Assembly: GCA_030390025.1 (NCBI GenBank)
Contig: CM059438.1
Location: 52,826,001-52,890,000, forward strand
DNA: 64,000 nucleotides
From: Squalus acanthias
Lineage: Eukaryota
Direction of reading: 5' to 3'
Notes under the pieces: model-generated
Told to the model about the DNA's origin: nothing
What the model saw: the letters and a program-made list of their open reading frames with translations, nothing else
Database searches by the model: none
Part shown: piece after piece, positions 12,767 through 25,586 of the stretch
Position numbering within the stretch: the stretch's first letter is position 1
Layout of the letters: every line of letters begins with the position of its first letter
Program-made: the position numbers and the translations under genes

Positions 12767-15700
12767 GACTTACCCTTTAATTAAATTTAAAAAATTAAAC
12801 TAATTGAATCCCACCAATTTCACTTCAATTAAATGATATACTCAAGGGCCCTTGCTTAACAGCAGTCCCCGCTACACCACAGAGACTCTAGAAACTATAA
12901 ACCACAGAATTTAAGTGTGGAACAAAGGAGAAAAAGAGAAATACTCACCAACCAATCACTTACCTGCTTTCTGGTGACGTCACACTTTGATTCTTTTTTA
13001 CTTCTCTCTCTCCCGCTCTCGGGGCTCAGATTGGTAAGCCGACCTGGTCGCCGCCGCCTCTTTTATGGCCGCCGCCTCGCTGCTGCCGCTCCACCCAGGT
13101 CCGCCGCCGATGAAGGATCGGCAATATACTTCTAAGTCAGGGTGGTGTGTGACTTGGAGGGGAACTTGTAGGTGGTGGTGTTCCAATGCACCTGCTGCCC
13201 TTGTCCTTCTAGGTGGAAGAGGTCGCGGGTTTGGGAGGTGCTGCCGAAGAAGCCTTGGCTAGCTGCTGCAGTGCATCTTGTAGATGGTACACACTGCAGC
13301 TATGGGGCGCTGGTGGTGGAGGGAGTGAATGTTTAAGGTGGTGGATGGTGTGCCAATCAAGTGGGCTGCTTTGTCCTGGATGGTGTCGAGCTCTTGAATG
13401 CTGTTGGAGCTGCACTCATCCAGGCAAGTGGAGAGTATTCCATCACACTCCTTACTTGTGCCTTGTAAATGGTGGAAAGGCTTTGGGGAGTCAGGAGGTG
13501 AGGCACTCGCCACAGAATACCTAGCCTCTGACCTGCTCTTATTGCCACAGTATTTATGGGGCTGGTCCAGTTAAGTTTCTGGTCAATGGTGACCCCCAGG
13601 ATGTTGATGGTGGGGGATTCGGCGATGGTAATACCGTTGAATGCCAAGGGGAGGTGGTTAGACTCTCACTTGTTGGAGATAGTCATTGCCTGGCACTTGT
13701 GTGGTGCGAATGTTACCTGCCACTTATCAGCCCAAGCCTGAACGTAGTCCAGGTCTTGTTGCATGCGGGCATGGACTGCTTCATTATCTGTGGAGTTGTG
13801 AATGGCGCTGAACACTGTGCAGTCATCAGCGAACATCCCCATTTCTGACCTTATGTTGGAAGGAAGGTCACTGCCTTGAGGAAATCTTGCAGCGATGTCC
13901 TGGAGCTGTGATGATTAACCTTCAACCACCACAACCATCTTCCTTTGTGCTAGGTATGACTCCAGCCAGTGGAACGTTTTCACCCCGATTCCCATTGACT
14001 TCAGTTTTACTAGGGCTCCTTGATGCCACACTCGGTCAAATGCTGCCTTGATGTCAAGGGCAGTCACTCTCACCTCACCTCTGGAATTCAGCTCCTTTGT
14101 CCATGTTTGGACCAAGGCTGTAATGAGGTCGGGAGCCGAGTGGTCTTGGCAGAACCCAAACTGGTCATCAGTGAGCAGGTTATTGGTGAGTAAGTGCTGC
14201 TTGATAGCTCTTTCGATGACACCTTCCATCACTTTGCTGATGATTGAGAGTAGACTGATGGGGCGGTAATTGGCCGGGTTGGATTTGTCCTGCTTTTTGT
14301 GGACAGGACATACCTGGGCAGTTTTCCACATTCTCGGATAGATGCCAGTGTTGTAGCTGTATTGGAACAGCTTGGCTAGAGGCGTGGCTAGTTCTGGAGC
14401 ACAAGTCTTTAGCATGATAACCGGGATGTTGTCGGTGCCCGTAGCCTTTGCTGTATCCAGTGCGCTCAGCCATTTCTCGATATCACGTGCAGTCAATCGA
14501 ATTGGATGAAGACTGGCTTCTGTGATGGTGGGACCTCAGGAGTAGGCCGATATGGATCATCTACTTGGCACTGCTGGCTGAAGATGGTTGCAAATGCTTC
14601 AACCTTGTCTTTTGCACTCATGTGCTGGGCTCCACCATCATTGAGGGTGGGTAATTCATGGAGCCTCCTCCTCCCGTTAGTTGTTTAATGGTCCACCACC
14701 ATTCACGACTGGATTTGGCAGGACTGCAGAGCTTTGATCTGATCCGTTGATTGTGGGATCGCTTAGCCCTGTCTATAGCATGCTGCTTCCGCTTTTTAGC
14801 ATGCATGTAGTCCTGTATTGCAGCTTCCCCAGGTTGGCACCTCATTTTTAGGTATTGCTGGTGCTGCTCCTGGCATGCTCTTCACATTCCTTATTGAACC
14901 AGGATTGGTCCCCTGGCTTGATGGTAATGGTAGAGTGAGGGATATGCCGGGCAATGAGGTTACAGATTGTGGTGAATACAATTCTGCTGCTGCTGATGGC
15001 CCACAGCGCCTCATGGATGCCAAGTTTTGAGCTGCTAGATCTGTTCTGAATCTATCCCATTTAGCACGGTGGTAGTGCCACACAACACGATGGAGGGTGT
15101 CCTCAGTGTGAAGACGGGACTTCGTTTCCGCAATGACTGTGTGGTGGTCACTGCTACCAATACTGTCATGGACAGATGCATCTGCGACAGGTAGATTGGT
15201 GAGGACGAGGTCAAGTAGGTTTTTCCCTCATGTGGTTCTGCCAGACTCGCAGATATGTCCTTCAGGACTAGGCCAGCTCAGTCAGTAGTAGTGTTTCGGA
15301 GCCACTCTTGGTGATGGACATTGAAGTCCCCCACCCAATGTACATTCTGTGCCCTTGCTACTCTCAGTGCTTCTTCCAACTGGTTTTCAACATGGAGGAG
15401 TACTGATTCATCAGCTGAGGGAGGGCAGTAGGTGGAAATCAGCAGGAGGTTTCCTTGCCCATGTTTGACCTGAAGCCATGGGGTCCGGAGCCAATGTTGA
15501 GGACTCCCAGAGCCACACCTTCCCGACTGTATACCTCTGTGCCACCACCCCTGGTGGGTCTATCCTGCCGGTGGACAGGACATACCCAGGGATGGTGATG
15601 GAGGAGTTTGGGACTTTGGCTGAAAGGTATGATTCTGTGAGTATGACTATGTCAGGCTTGACTAGTCTGTGGGACAGCTCTCTCAATTTAGGCACAAGTC

Positions 15701-15989
15701 CCCAGATGTTGGTGAGGAGGACTTTGCAGGGTTGACTGGGCCATTACCGTGTCCATAGCCGGGTGGTCCGTCCAGTTTCATTCTTATTATGTTTCGTAGC
15801 GGTTAGTTACAACTGAGTGACTTGGCCGGCCATTTCAGAGGTTTTTATGACAATTCGATAGTTTCATGGTTACCATCACTGATACTAGTAATTATTGCAG
15901 ATTTATTTAATTAACTAAATTTAAATTCCCCAGCTGCCGTCGTGGGATTTGAACTCACATCTCTAGATCATTAATCCATTTGATCAACG

Positions 15990-18590
15990 TCCATCACCAG
16001 GAGTGGCTCGCTAGTACATACCACTGATTAGCTGGCTGAATCATGAAAGTCATAGCTGGCAGACTGGGCTTGCAGTAGGTGGTGAGAGAACCAACACGAG
16101 GGAATAACCTACTTGACCTCGTCCTCACCATTCTACCTGTCGCAGATGCATCTGTCCATGACAGTATTGGTAGGAGTGACCACCGCACAGACTTTGTGAA
16201 GATCAAATCCCGTCGTCAGACTGAGGCCACCCTCCTTCATGTTGTGTGGCACTATCACCATGCTAAGTGATGTAGATTAAGAACAGATCTAGTAGCTCAA
16301 AATTGGGCATTCATGAAGTACTGTGGGCCATCAGCAGAGTGATCTCTAACCACATGGCCCGGGATATCCCTCACTCCTCCATCACCATCAGGCCAGATGA
16401 CCAATGTAGAAGAACATGCCAGGAGCAGCACCAGGTGTTCCTGAAAAATGAGGTGCCAACCTGGTGAAGCTACAACACAGGACTATATATATGCTAAACA
16501 GCAGAAGCAGCATGCTATAGACAGAGGGATATCGCAACTGAACCCAATCTAACTTTCTCAACTGTGAGGACATCACAACTTAACCTTATCAATTATTTCC
16601 CAACTGTGAGGATTACACAACTGAACCTAACCTATTCTTTCCCAACTTTGGGGATATTACAATTGAACCCAATTTTTCCTTTCCCAACTTTGGGGAGATC
16701 ACAACTGAAACCAAAGTAACATTTAAATCTGTGGGGATCTACCTTTCCCAACTGTGGGGCTACGACAACTGAACAGCTATTCCACAACCAACAGATCATG
16801 TCAAAGCTCTGCAGTCCTGCCACATCTAGTTGTGAATGATGGTGGATAATTAAGCAACTAATGGGAGAAGGAGGCTCCATGAACATCCCCATTCACAATG
16901 ATGGGGGAGCACAGCATGTGAGTGCAAAAGACAAGGCTGAAGTGTTCGCAACCATCTTCAGCCAGGAGTACCAAGTGGATGATACTTCTCGGAGTCCTCT
17001 AAGGTCCCCACCATCAGATACAAGTCTTCAGCCAATTCGATTAACTTCACATGATATCAAGAAAGGCTGAGTGCACTGGACACAGCAAAGGCTATGGGCT
17101 CCAATGATGTCCCGGCTGCAGTGCTGAAGACCTGTGCTCCACAACTTGCTGTGCCCTTAGCTAAGCTGTTCTAGTACAACTACAATGCTGGCATCTAACC
17201 AACAATGTGGAAAATTACCCAGGCTTTACATAAAAAGCAGGACAAAACCAACCCGTTCAATTACCGCCCCATCAGCTTACTCCCAATCATCAGAAAACTG
17301 ATGGAAGAAGTCATCGACAGTACTAGAAATGGCACTTACTCACCAATAACCTGCTCACTGATACTCAGTTTGGGTTCTGCCAGAACCACTAGGCTCCAGA
17401 CCTCATACAGCCTTGGTGCAAACATGGACACAAGAGCTGAATTTCAGAGGTGAAGTGTGAGTAACCGTCCTTGACATCAAGGAAACATTTGAATGAATGT
17501 GGCACCAAGGAGCCCTAGTAAAACTGAAGTCAATGGGGATCAGTTCTTCAGTGGCTGGAGTCATACCTAGCACAAAGGAAGGTGGTTGTGGTCATAGGAG
17601 GCTAATCATCTCAGCCCCAGGAAATTATTGCAGGAGTTTCTCAGCCCAACTATCTTCAGCTGTTTCTTAAGGTCAGAAGAGGGGCTGTTCCCTGATGATT
17701 GAACAGTGTTCAGCGCCATTCACAACTCCTCATATAATGAAGCAGTCCATGCCTGCATGCAACAAGACCTGGATAACATCCAGGCTTGGGCAAATAAGTG
17801 GCAAGTAACATTCGCACCTTGAAAAGGTCCAGCAATAATCTCCAACAAGAGAGAGCATAACCACCTTCCGATGACAGTCAATGGAATTACCATCACCGAG
17901 TCCCCCACCATCAACAGCCTGGGGGTCATTGATCAGAAACTGAATTGGACCAACCACAGAAATGCGGTGGCTACTAGAGCAGGTCAGAGGCTGGGTATTC
18001 TGCGGCGAGTGGCTCACCTCCTGATTTCCCAAAGCCTCTCTACAAAGCAGAAGTCAGGAGTGTGATGGAATACTCATCAATTCACTGGATGGATGCAGCT
18101 ACAACAATGCTCAAGAAGATTGACACTATTCAGGACAAAGCAGTTTGCTTGATCAGCAGCCCATCCACTAGCTTAATCATCCACTCTCTCCACCATCGGT
18201 GTACCGTGGCAGCGGAGTGTTGCTTCAGTGTATCTTGTAGATGGTACCTACAAGATGCACTGCAGCAACTCTCCAAGGCTTTTTTGACAGTACCTCCCAA
18301 ACCAGTGATCTCTACCACCTAGAAGGACAAACACAGCAGGTGCATGGGAACACCATCACCCTCAGGTTCCCCTCCAGGTCACACATCAAACTGATCTGAA
18401 CATCACCGTTCCTTCATTATCACTGGGTCAAAATCCTGGAACTCCCTATCTAACAGCATTGTGGGAGAACCCTCTCCACACGCTTTGCAGCAGTTTAAGA
18501 AGAAAACCCACAACCACCTTTTCAAGGGCAACTAGGGATGGACAATAAATACCTGCCTTGCCAGAGACACCGCCATCCCAAGAAGTAACA
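15990..18590 (+). mobile_element. Degenerate 5'-truncated Zenon-like LINE, inverted relative to the adjacent copy
   Basis: VREPTRGNNLLDLVLT, NYRPISLL and ITESPTINSLGV motifs. 3' end caagggcaactagggatggacaataaat near 18525-18550. Confidence 0.85.
16526..16775. repeat. Degenerate minisatellite, about 42-bp unit, 5-6 copies
   Basis: Recurrent tcccaactgtg-(g/a)ggatatcacaactgaacc with unit starts near 16526, 16566, 16608, 16651, 16692 and 16756. Confidence 0.8.
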
Positions 18591-18599
18591 TTAAGTAAA

Positions 18600-19225
18600 A
18601 GGTGTTGAGATGGCCCTCCTTCTTCTGCTGTCTCCTCATCTTTACCCTGGTCTTCATCATCGACGAGAACTACTGCTGTTGCTCTGCCTCCTCCAAATGC
18701 AGGCCTCTCTCTATGGCAAGGTTGTGCAGGATGTAGCACACCAGTGAGACCCTTTGTTGGGTATATTGTAGGGAGCCCCCAGACCTCTCCAGACAGCTGA
18801 ACCTCCGCTTCAGCAGCACTATGGTGTACTCAATAATCTTTGATTATAGTTGTGTTGCTCAGGCGGGGAAGGGTTGCAAAGGAAGGTCATGAGCCATGTA
18901 TGTAGGGGGTAGCCCTTTTCCTCCAGTAGCCTTCCTGCCATGTTCCTGGAAAGGCAGAATAGTGGGGGGGATGGTTGACTGTCGCAAATGGGGAAGGTGA
19001 TGCACTAGTTAGTCCTGGCGAACAGGCCATTGGTGACCTGATTAATGCAGCTGTGTACTGCAGATTGGGAGTTATGGGTGACTGGACTAACTGGAAGGAG
19101 CAAGTGGTAAAAATGTTAAGGGTTGTGTTAACTTTGAGAGCCACTGGCAAAGCATGGCCCCCTGGTCCAGTAGGCAGCAGGTCCTTTTGCAGGAGGCTGC
19201 AGAGGACTGCAACAGCCTGCCTAGA
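18600..19225 (-). mobile_element. Harbinger transposase remnant
   Basis: GPGGHALPVALKVNTTLNIF...SFQ and a downstream LKRRFSCL-like segment. Confidence 0.75.
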
Positions 19226-20117
19226 GAAACATAGGGGGATGGAATTGGGCTCGGTAGCGCTCATTTTCTGGGTGCCACGAGTGGACCTTAGGGTTCCAAA
19301 ATGACGTCGACAGCGTGCACGCACACTTCTGATGCAAAGTGCACTTAACATCCATGGGAAGTATACAGAGCAAGCATATCATGACATCAACCAGTGTGCA
19401 ACACTGATTTGATGCCAATGCTGTCATTATGGAGCTCCACGCTCCACCTGATGCCATCTCTTAACCTCGCACAGCTGAACATGCATTAAGCAGCATGAAG
19501 GACCCCCCATCAGCGCTATTTAAAGAGATCATCAACTACTTACAGGTTAGTCGCTAGTTTATTTCTTCTGGCCGTTGCCACAATTCTACATGTTTCTACA
19601 GGGTAGGACAAGCTGCTAGAAGAGGGAGGAGAAGGAGGGAAGAGAAGGTTTCTCAGCAGGAGGCCATATCCACCTAGGGTGTTCAGGGAGCAATTCTCCG
19701 ACCTGAACCTCAGCGATGACCAATGTTTGAGACATCTGCACTTCACTAAGGAGGTCATCACTGAAATCTGCAACCTGCTGCAGCCACAACTCCAACCTTA
19801 GAGCAGGGCAAGGACTGCATTGCCAGTGGCTGTGAAGGTGACCGTGGTGATGAACTTTTATGCGTCTAGTTCCTTCCAGGTTGGTGCTGGAGATATTAGG
19901 AACATCTCACAGTTTGCAGTGCACTGTTGCACTGAGGCTATCTATGCAAAGGGAGATAGCTTAATTTCATTCCCTCTTGCCAGCGAGAAGCAGGCAGAGC
20001 GAGCAGGAGAGTTTTCAAGGATTGCAGGCTTCCCCATGGTGCAGGGTGCCATTGACTGCACACACATTGCTTTGCGGGCGCCACATGTCAATTCTGCCAT
20101 GTACTGGAACCGAAAGG

Positions 20118-20261
20118 GGAGACTGGATAGGCACTTGAGGGAAATAAACTTGCAGGGCTACGAGGTAGAGCAGGGGAATGGGACTGACTGGATTGCTCTA
20201 CAGAGAGCCAGCACGGACTCAATGGGCTGAATGGCCTCCCTCAGTGCTGTTATGACTCTAT
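20118..20261 (+). mobile_element. Very short CR1-type 3' end inserted in the Harbinger transposase
   Basis: gggctgaatggcctcc 3' UTR motif and atgactctat tail, flanked by duplicated GAAAGGG within the NRKG codons. Confidence 0.8.
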
Positions 20262-20953
20262 GAAAGGGATTCCACTCCATCAATGTGCAGCTAGTGTGTG
20301 ACCATAGGCAGTGCACCATGCAGGTCAATGCCCGGTGTGCTGGCACCAGTCATGATGCGTTCATTCTGCGGCAGTCCGCTGTGCCAGTTGTATTTCAGCC
20401 ATCATGGCAAACCAAAGGGTGGCAACTGGACGACAAGGGCTATCTGCTGACAACATGGCTCATGACTCCAGTTTGCAACCCACGCACACATGCGCAGCAT
20501 GCATACAATGAGAACCATGCTGCCACAAGAAATGTGTTGATGGAGTTGGACACCAGTTCCATGCTGGAAAGGATGGGCTCCAAGGTCTGCACAAAGCCCT
20601 GTGCCAAGATGGTGCTGGACTCATCCATGCTCCTTGACATTGAACACAGGCTTTCTGGCAGGCTTCCCAATGCACCAAGCATTTTGTTGTGTACACCCTT
20701 TACAGATTACTAGGATTGCTGAGGCGCCCCCCGGGGGAGTGGTAGTGGCTCCATGCAGCACGAACCTGCTGCCTTCTTCTCTAGCCTGGACCATTGAAGT
20801 CCTCATCTGAGTCCTCTGCAGCAGAACTTGTGTGTGACCTTGCCCTCCGGTGAGCTGGCACCTGCACTATACTTGCCCCCTGCCATGGCTGCAGAGCGCT
20901 TGTGCCCAGTGTCTCACCACGGGCAGATCCCGCCTCTATGCTATCCTCTAAGA

Positions 20954-21834
20954 CAGGGGTTCTCAATCGGAGGTCCACAGCCCCCTAGGGGTCCACGTGA
21001 GGATTTCAGGGGTCCGCCATAAATAACCTCCAGGATTTAAAAAAAAAAGAAAAATGCACCGTTGTGTAAAGGTGAGATCCAGCTGAGCAAACTGGTGGCA
21101 CTGGCCCCGACATGGATCGCTGTTTCCCCCCTCTCGAACATCTGTGTGATGACGGCGGCAGCTGCCGCTGAGCCCAGGCCCCCGCTCGCTGAGAAGAGAG
21201 AGAGACAGTGGTCGCTGAGCGCAGATTCCCAGCTCGAGCTCTCTCTCCTCTCGCCAGGTCCTGCTGTAGAAACGGGCGAACTGGCCTGCTGGCAGAACAG
21301 TTGCAGTACAACCAGCAGAGCGCCGCTGGAACCACCTATGTGTCCAACTGATTCGACATCTAGACTCGCGACCAAAAGTGTTCGACTGCACCCTTAACTT
21401 ATTCTGCGTAGTACCGGAAACTCCCGGTTAGCCGATAGATTTTAGCAAATGTGTTGACTCACGCTGTAGTATAGTTACAAGGGTGCTAGCTGCCCTTTGG
21501 TGCCTAACCTTATTCATTCTTCACATGAGAGCCTGAGAGACCGGTTGATGTGCCGGAAACTGTCGGTGAGGGAATCAGGAGTTGCGGGGGATCGAGGGAG
21601 ACTGGGGGTCAGGTGATTGAGGTTCATGTGGAGGGAAAGAGGAAGTGAGATGGATGTGGGGACCAGTATTTTCTGCAGTGCCAGGATAGCAGCAGCAGCA
21701 GTAACATGGTGAGTGGGTGCGGCACTGAGAGAATTTCTATACAGAAAAAATACTTGTGTTGTGCTGCAGCAGGTCCATGGAATTTTAATAACACGGGAGG
21801 GGGGCCTCAAAAGCAAAAAGTTTGAGAACCCCTG
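20954..21834. mobile_element. hAT (Charlie-like) non-autonomous element, 881 bp
   Basis: TIR CAGGGGTTCTCAA / TTGAGAACCCCTG and perfect 8-bp TSD CTCTAAGA (20946-20953, 21835-21842). Confidence 0.93.
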
Positions 21835-23667
21835 CTCTAAGATACGCGCAGTGTCAATATCTGAATGGGTGGCTGCGAGTGTGAAATCAAGTCACGGTGT
21901 GTCTTCATTATTACTGTCTTCTTGGTCTTCCTCCACTGCCTAGGCAGGTTGCAGTTCTTGGGTATCTGAAAGGAAAAAGGCACAAGTATAAGGTTGTGGC
22001 GAGGGGAGAGGGGAAAGTAAGAAGTGCATGCTTACACCATCTGCAGCTTGCAAGTCAGAAGAGATTGTGGGATGAGGGGTAATAGGGATAGGAGAAGAAG
22101 GATTAGGTATGAGCATACCGACATCTTCAATGGATTCAGCCCCACCGCTGGCCACGGCCTCAGCAATGGCCCTTCCCATAATGGCCACCACCGTCTCCTC
22201 CATGGGGATGGAATATGTAGCCGTGCCTATCCCCCTCCAGTTAGTTCCTGCCACTTCCAGTTGTGTGCCACCTTCTCCTGCTAGAGAGAGGGAAATGTGT
22301 CAGTGAGTGTCATGCAATATGTTTGGGTGATGTGGCTGTCATGTGGAATAGCTGGCAGTCTGTGTAAGCTATGAGATGTGGGTGTGAGGCTTGCAACAGT
22401 GTTAAGTGTGTGAGGATGAGGTGAAGCATATGCATGTTACGTATGAGTCCTGATTGATAGAGATTGCTGGTAGGTGAATGATAGTGTGGTGAATTGAGCA
22501 GTGGCTGAGGCTAGTGGGGCAGTTGGTAGGATATGGCATTTGGAGATATATTCACTGACCTTGGTCATTAAACTTCTAGTGGCACTGCATCCAGGTCCTT
22601 GGGGCTAAACTCCTGGCATTGACCTCCACGGCTATCTGTTCTCAGAACTTTCTCATCGTGTGTCTGGAGGGCTCCTGTCCCCCTGCGGATACAGGACATA
22701 TCTTCTCCTTTCCACCTCCTCCACGAAGACCTCCAGTGCAGCATCGGAAAACCTTGGTGCATGCTGTCTTCCATGGTCAGCCACTGTTGTTTGTTGCACA
22801 GCACTATTCCGAATGATCTCAGCATGTCCAGTAGCGACAATGCACCTTCCCTTTAAGAGGTGCAGGCTAGCTTTAAGTAGTTCTAACAAGTAACGATATT
22901 GGGGACCCTGCTGACTGCACGGTTAGCACCGGCTGCACGCAGCTATCATTATAATGAGCAGGAAGCACGAAGATGGCTTGCTGCCTACATTACATTGAAC
23001 AGGCATGGGGTAATCACACATCGCGATACCTGCGCCCATTTTCGGGGGCTATCCAATTTAGAATCATAGAATGGTTACTGCACAGTAACTGCACAGGAGG
23101 CTATTTGACCCGACGAGCCCGTGCCGGCTCTCTGCAAGAGCACTTCAACTAGTCCCACTCCCCACCCTTTCCCTGTCGCCCTGCAAATTATTTTCCTTCA
23201 GGTACTTATCCAATTTTGAAAGCCACAATTGACTCTGCCTCCACCATCCTTTCAGGCAGAGCATTCCAGATAACCACTTGCTGCGTAAAAAAGTTTTACC
23301 TCATGTCGCCTTTGGTTCTTTTGCCAATCACCTTAAATCTGTGTTCTCTGGTTCTCGACCCTTCCGCCAATGGGAACAGTTTATCTCTATCTACACTGTC
23401 TAGACCCCTCCTGATTTTGAACACCTCTATCAAATCTCCTCTCAACCTTCTCTGCTCCAAGGAGAGCGACCCCAGCTTCTCCAGTCTATCCACATAACTG
23501 AAGTCCCTTATTCCTGGAATCATTCTCATAAATCTTTTCTGCACCCTCTCTAAGGCCTTCACATCCTTCCTAAAATGCGATGCCCAGAATTGGACACAAT
23601 ACTCTAGTTGAGGCCTAACCAGTGTTTTATAAAGGTTCATCATAACTTCCTTGCTTTTGTACTCTAT

Positions 23668-24271
23668 GGGCGTGAAATTCGGTTACACTCCGCACAGGAA
23701 GTGGAGCGCAATCTCGGGTGCTCCACTTCCTGCTGGGGCGGTAACCAAGGCAATGTTGGGGCGCATTCGGCAGCGTCCGCGGAGCGCTGCCACATTTCAA
23801 CGCCCCTCCCCTTCAGAGTTAAAGGAGACTCGGTGCTGGGCTGCGCGATGGCGGTCAGGATCACGCCACGGCACACCACAGAGGTCTGACCTGGAGGTCA
23901 GCCAAAAAAAGAAAATTGTGGCGCGGGTCGCGACCATGCCTCTGCTTTAACTACCGCCCCCCTGAGCGGAGATCGGCCCGGCAGCCTCATGGGGCACATC
24001 CGAATTTCTGCCGCGTGGTGCTAAGGGGACGCGGCAGAGTGCTAAGAGGTCGCGGCGCACGCCGATGACGTCATCGCAGGAGGTGCGGCAGCCCAGGGTG
24101 CTACTGGCGAGGGCATGGCGTGATCTGGTAGCGCCTCAGCAATGCCCCACCAAATTTCTCGGGAGGCGCTTTTTTTGCTCCCCCCCTCCCCAGGCGATAA
24201 GCCCTTTGCGCCCCATTTGCGCCCCCCCGGAGATGCTAACGGCAGGTGCAAAGGAGCCGAATTTCTAGCTC
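23668..24271. mobile_element. CpG-rich Harbinger-type MITE, 604 bp
   Basis: Imperfect TIR GGGCGTGAAATTCGG / CCGAATTTCTAGCTC with 3-bp TSD TAT. The flanks rejoin into CR1 sequence. Confidence 0.85.
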
Positions 24272-24928
24272 TATGCCTCTATTTATGAAGCCCAGGATCC
24301 CATATGCTTTTTAACCGCTTTCTCAGCCTGTCCTGCCACCTTCAACAATTTGTGCACATATACCCCCAGGTCGCTCTGTTCATGCACCCCCTTTAGGATT
24401 GTACCCTTTCGTTTATATTGCCTCTCCTTGTTCTTCCTACCAAAACGTATCACTTCACACTTTTTTGCATTAAATTTCATCTGCCACATGTCCGCCCATT
24501 TCACCAGTCTGTCAATGTCTTCTTGAAGTTTATCACTATTCTCCTCACTGTTCACTATACTTCTAAATTTTTTGCCATCTGCAAATTTTGAAACTGTGCC
24601 CTGTACACCCAAGTCCAAGTCATTAATATATATTAAGAAAAGCAGTGGTCCTAGTAACGACCCCTGGGGAGCACCACTGTATACCTTCCTCCAGTCCGAA
24701 AAATAACCGCTCACCACTACTATCTGTTTCCTGTCACTTAGCCAATTTCGTATCCATGCTGCCACTGTCCCTTTTATTCTATGGGCTTCAACTTTGCTGG
24801 CAAGCCTATTATGTGGCACTTTATCAAACGCCTTTTGGAAGTCCATGTACACCATGTCAACCGCATTGCCCTCATCAACCCTCTTTGTTACCTCATCAAA
24901 AAACTCAATCAAATTAGTTAAACACAAT

Positions 24929-25586
24929 GGGGGGAAAAATTGTGTGGCGCCCCAAAAAGTTAGCACCCCTCCGCCGGAAATTCAGTAGTAGCGCCCCAAG
25001 CAGGAGGTGGGGCGCTACCGGAAGCACTACTGGAAGCGCTCCACCTCGTTCTTGGAGTGCTACAACTGAAGATCGCGGTGCTACGTGCAACAGCGCCATG
25101 CGCGTCGGCACGTAGCGCCGCATCATTGCAGGCCTCCTCCCCGATTAAAGGGGAGGGGCCTAACGCTGCACATACCGGGGCCCTGTTAGACCACCGGGGA
25201 GCGGGGTGCTGTGAAAATAGCCCGGCAGTCAAGAGGAGTGCCGGGCTGAGCGATCGCGGTCGGCACCCCGAGAAAAAAAGGGGAAGGGGGCAGCTGCTGG
25301 CAGTCGGCCAAAAAGATGGCTGCCCGACACCTGCCCCTTTTACTAGCGCCGCTGCCACTGTAAAAACGATAGGTCAGGGGCCGCAAGGGAAGTTTGCAGC
25401 CAGGGCGCAAGTGGGGCGCTGCGCATGCCGATGATATCATCGCTGGCGGCGCAGAGCCACAGGGCGCTACCGGCTACCGCTGCGCTAACCTCCCGCTGAT
25501 TACGAGAGGAGTTAGTGGCACCACGCCCGGGCGCTAGGGGATTTACGCCCCGTTAGCGCTCCATTGTAAATTCCAATTTTTCCCCC
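24929..25586. mobile_element. CpG-rich Harbinger-type MITE, 658 bp
   Basis: TIR GGGGGAAAAATTG; TSD AAT/GAT (one copy is consistent with CpG decay). The flanks rejoin into CR1. Confidence 0.85.

Larger units (their letters stand above)
8743..13109 (-). mobile_element. Full-length young CR1 LINE (copy A)
   Basis: 5' UTR, ORF1, ORF2, 3' UTR and tctatgtttcta tail. Highly similar to copy B. Confidence 0.96.
8580..15978 (-). mobile_element. Near full-length degenerate Zenon/CR1-group-like LINE (about 3 kb), interrupted by CR1 at 8743-13109
   Basis: APE at 15411-15695; RT motifs NYRPISLLS and ALDIKAAFDRVWHQGAL; C-terminal IYKAQVRSVMEYSPLAW. 3' end at 8580-8742 and tRNA-like head at about 15925-15978. 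Confidence 0.85.
19233..23060 (+). mobile_element. Internally deleted PIF/Harbinger element (transposase +, Myb/SANT gene -)
   Basis: Transposase LPVAVKV..GAIDCTHIAL..HDAFIL..DKGY at 19600-20530 is joined to Myb-gene exon 3. Myb exon 1 (APRFSDAALEV...RTWMQC) lies at about 22560-22770. Confidence 0.82.

Noticed and set aside
16526..16775. Repeat-and-variable-linker array resembling CRISPR
   Set aside because: Eukaryotic context, degenerate repeats, short related linkers and no cas genes. It is a minisatellite.
24914..25440. Cluster of overlapping ORFs in GC-rich MITEs
   Set aside because: Stop-codon scarcity in GC-rich DNA; the elements are non-coding.
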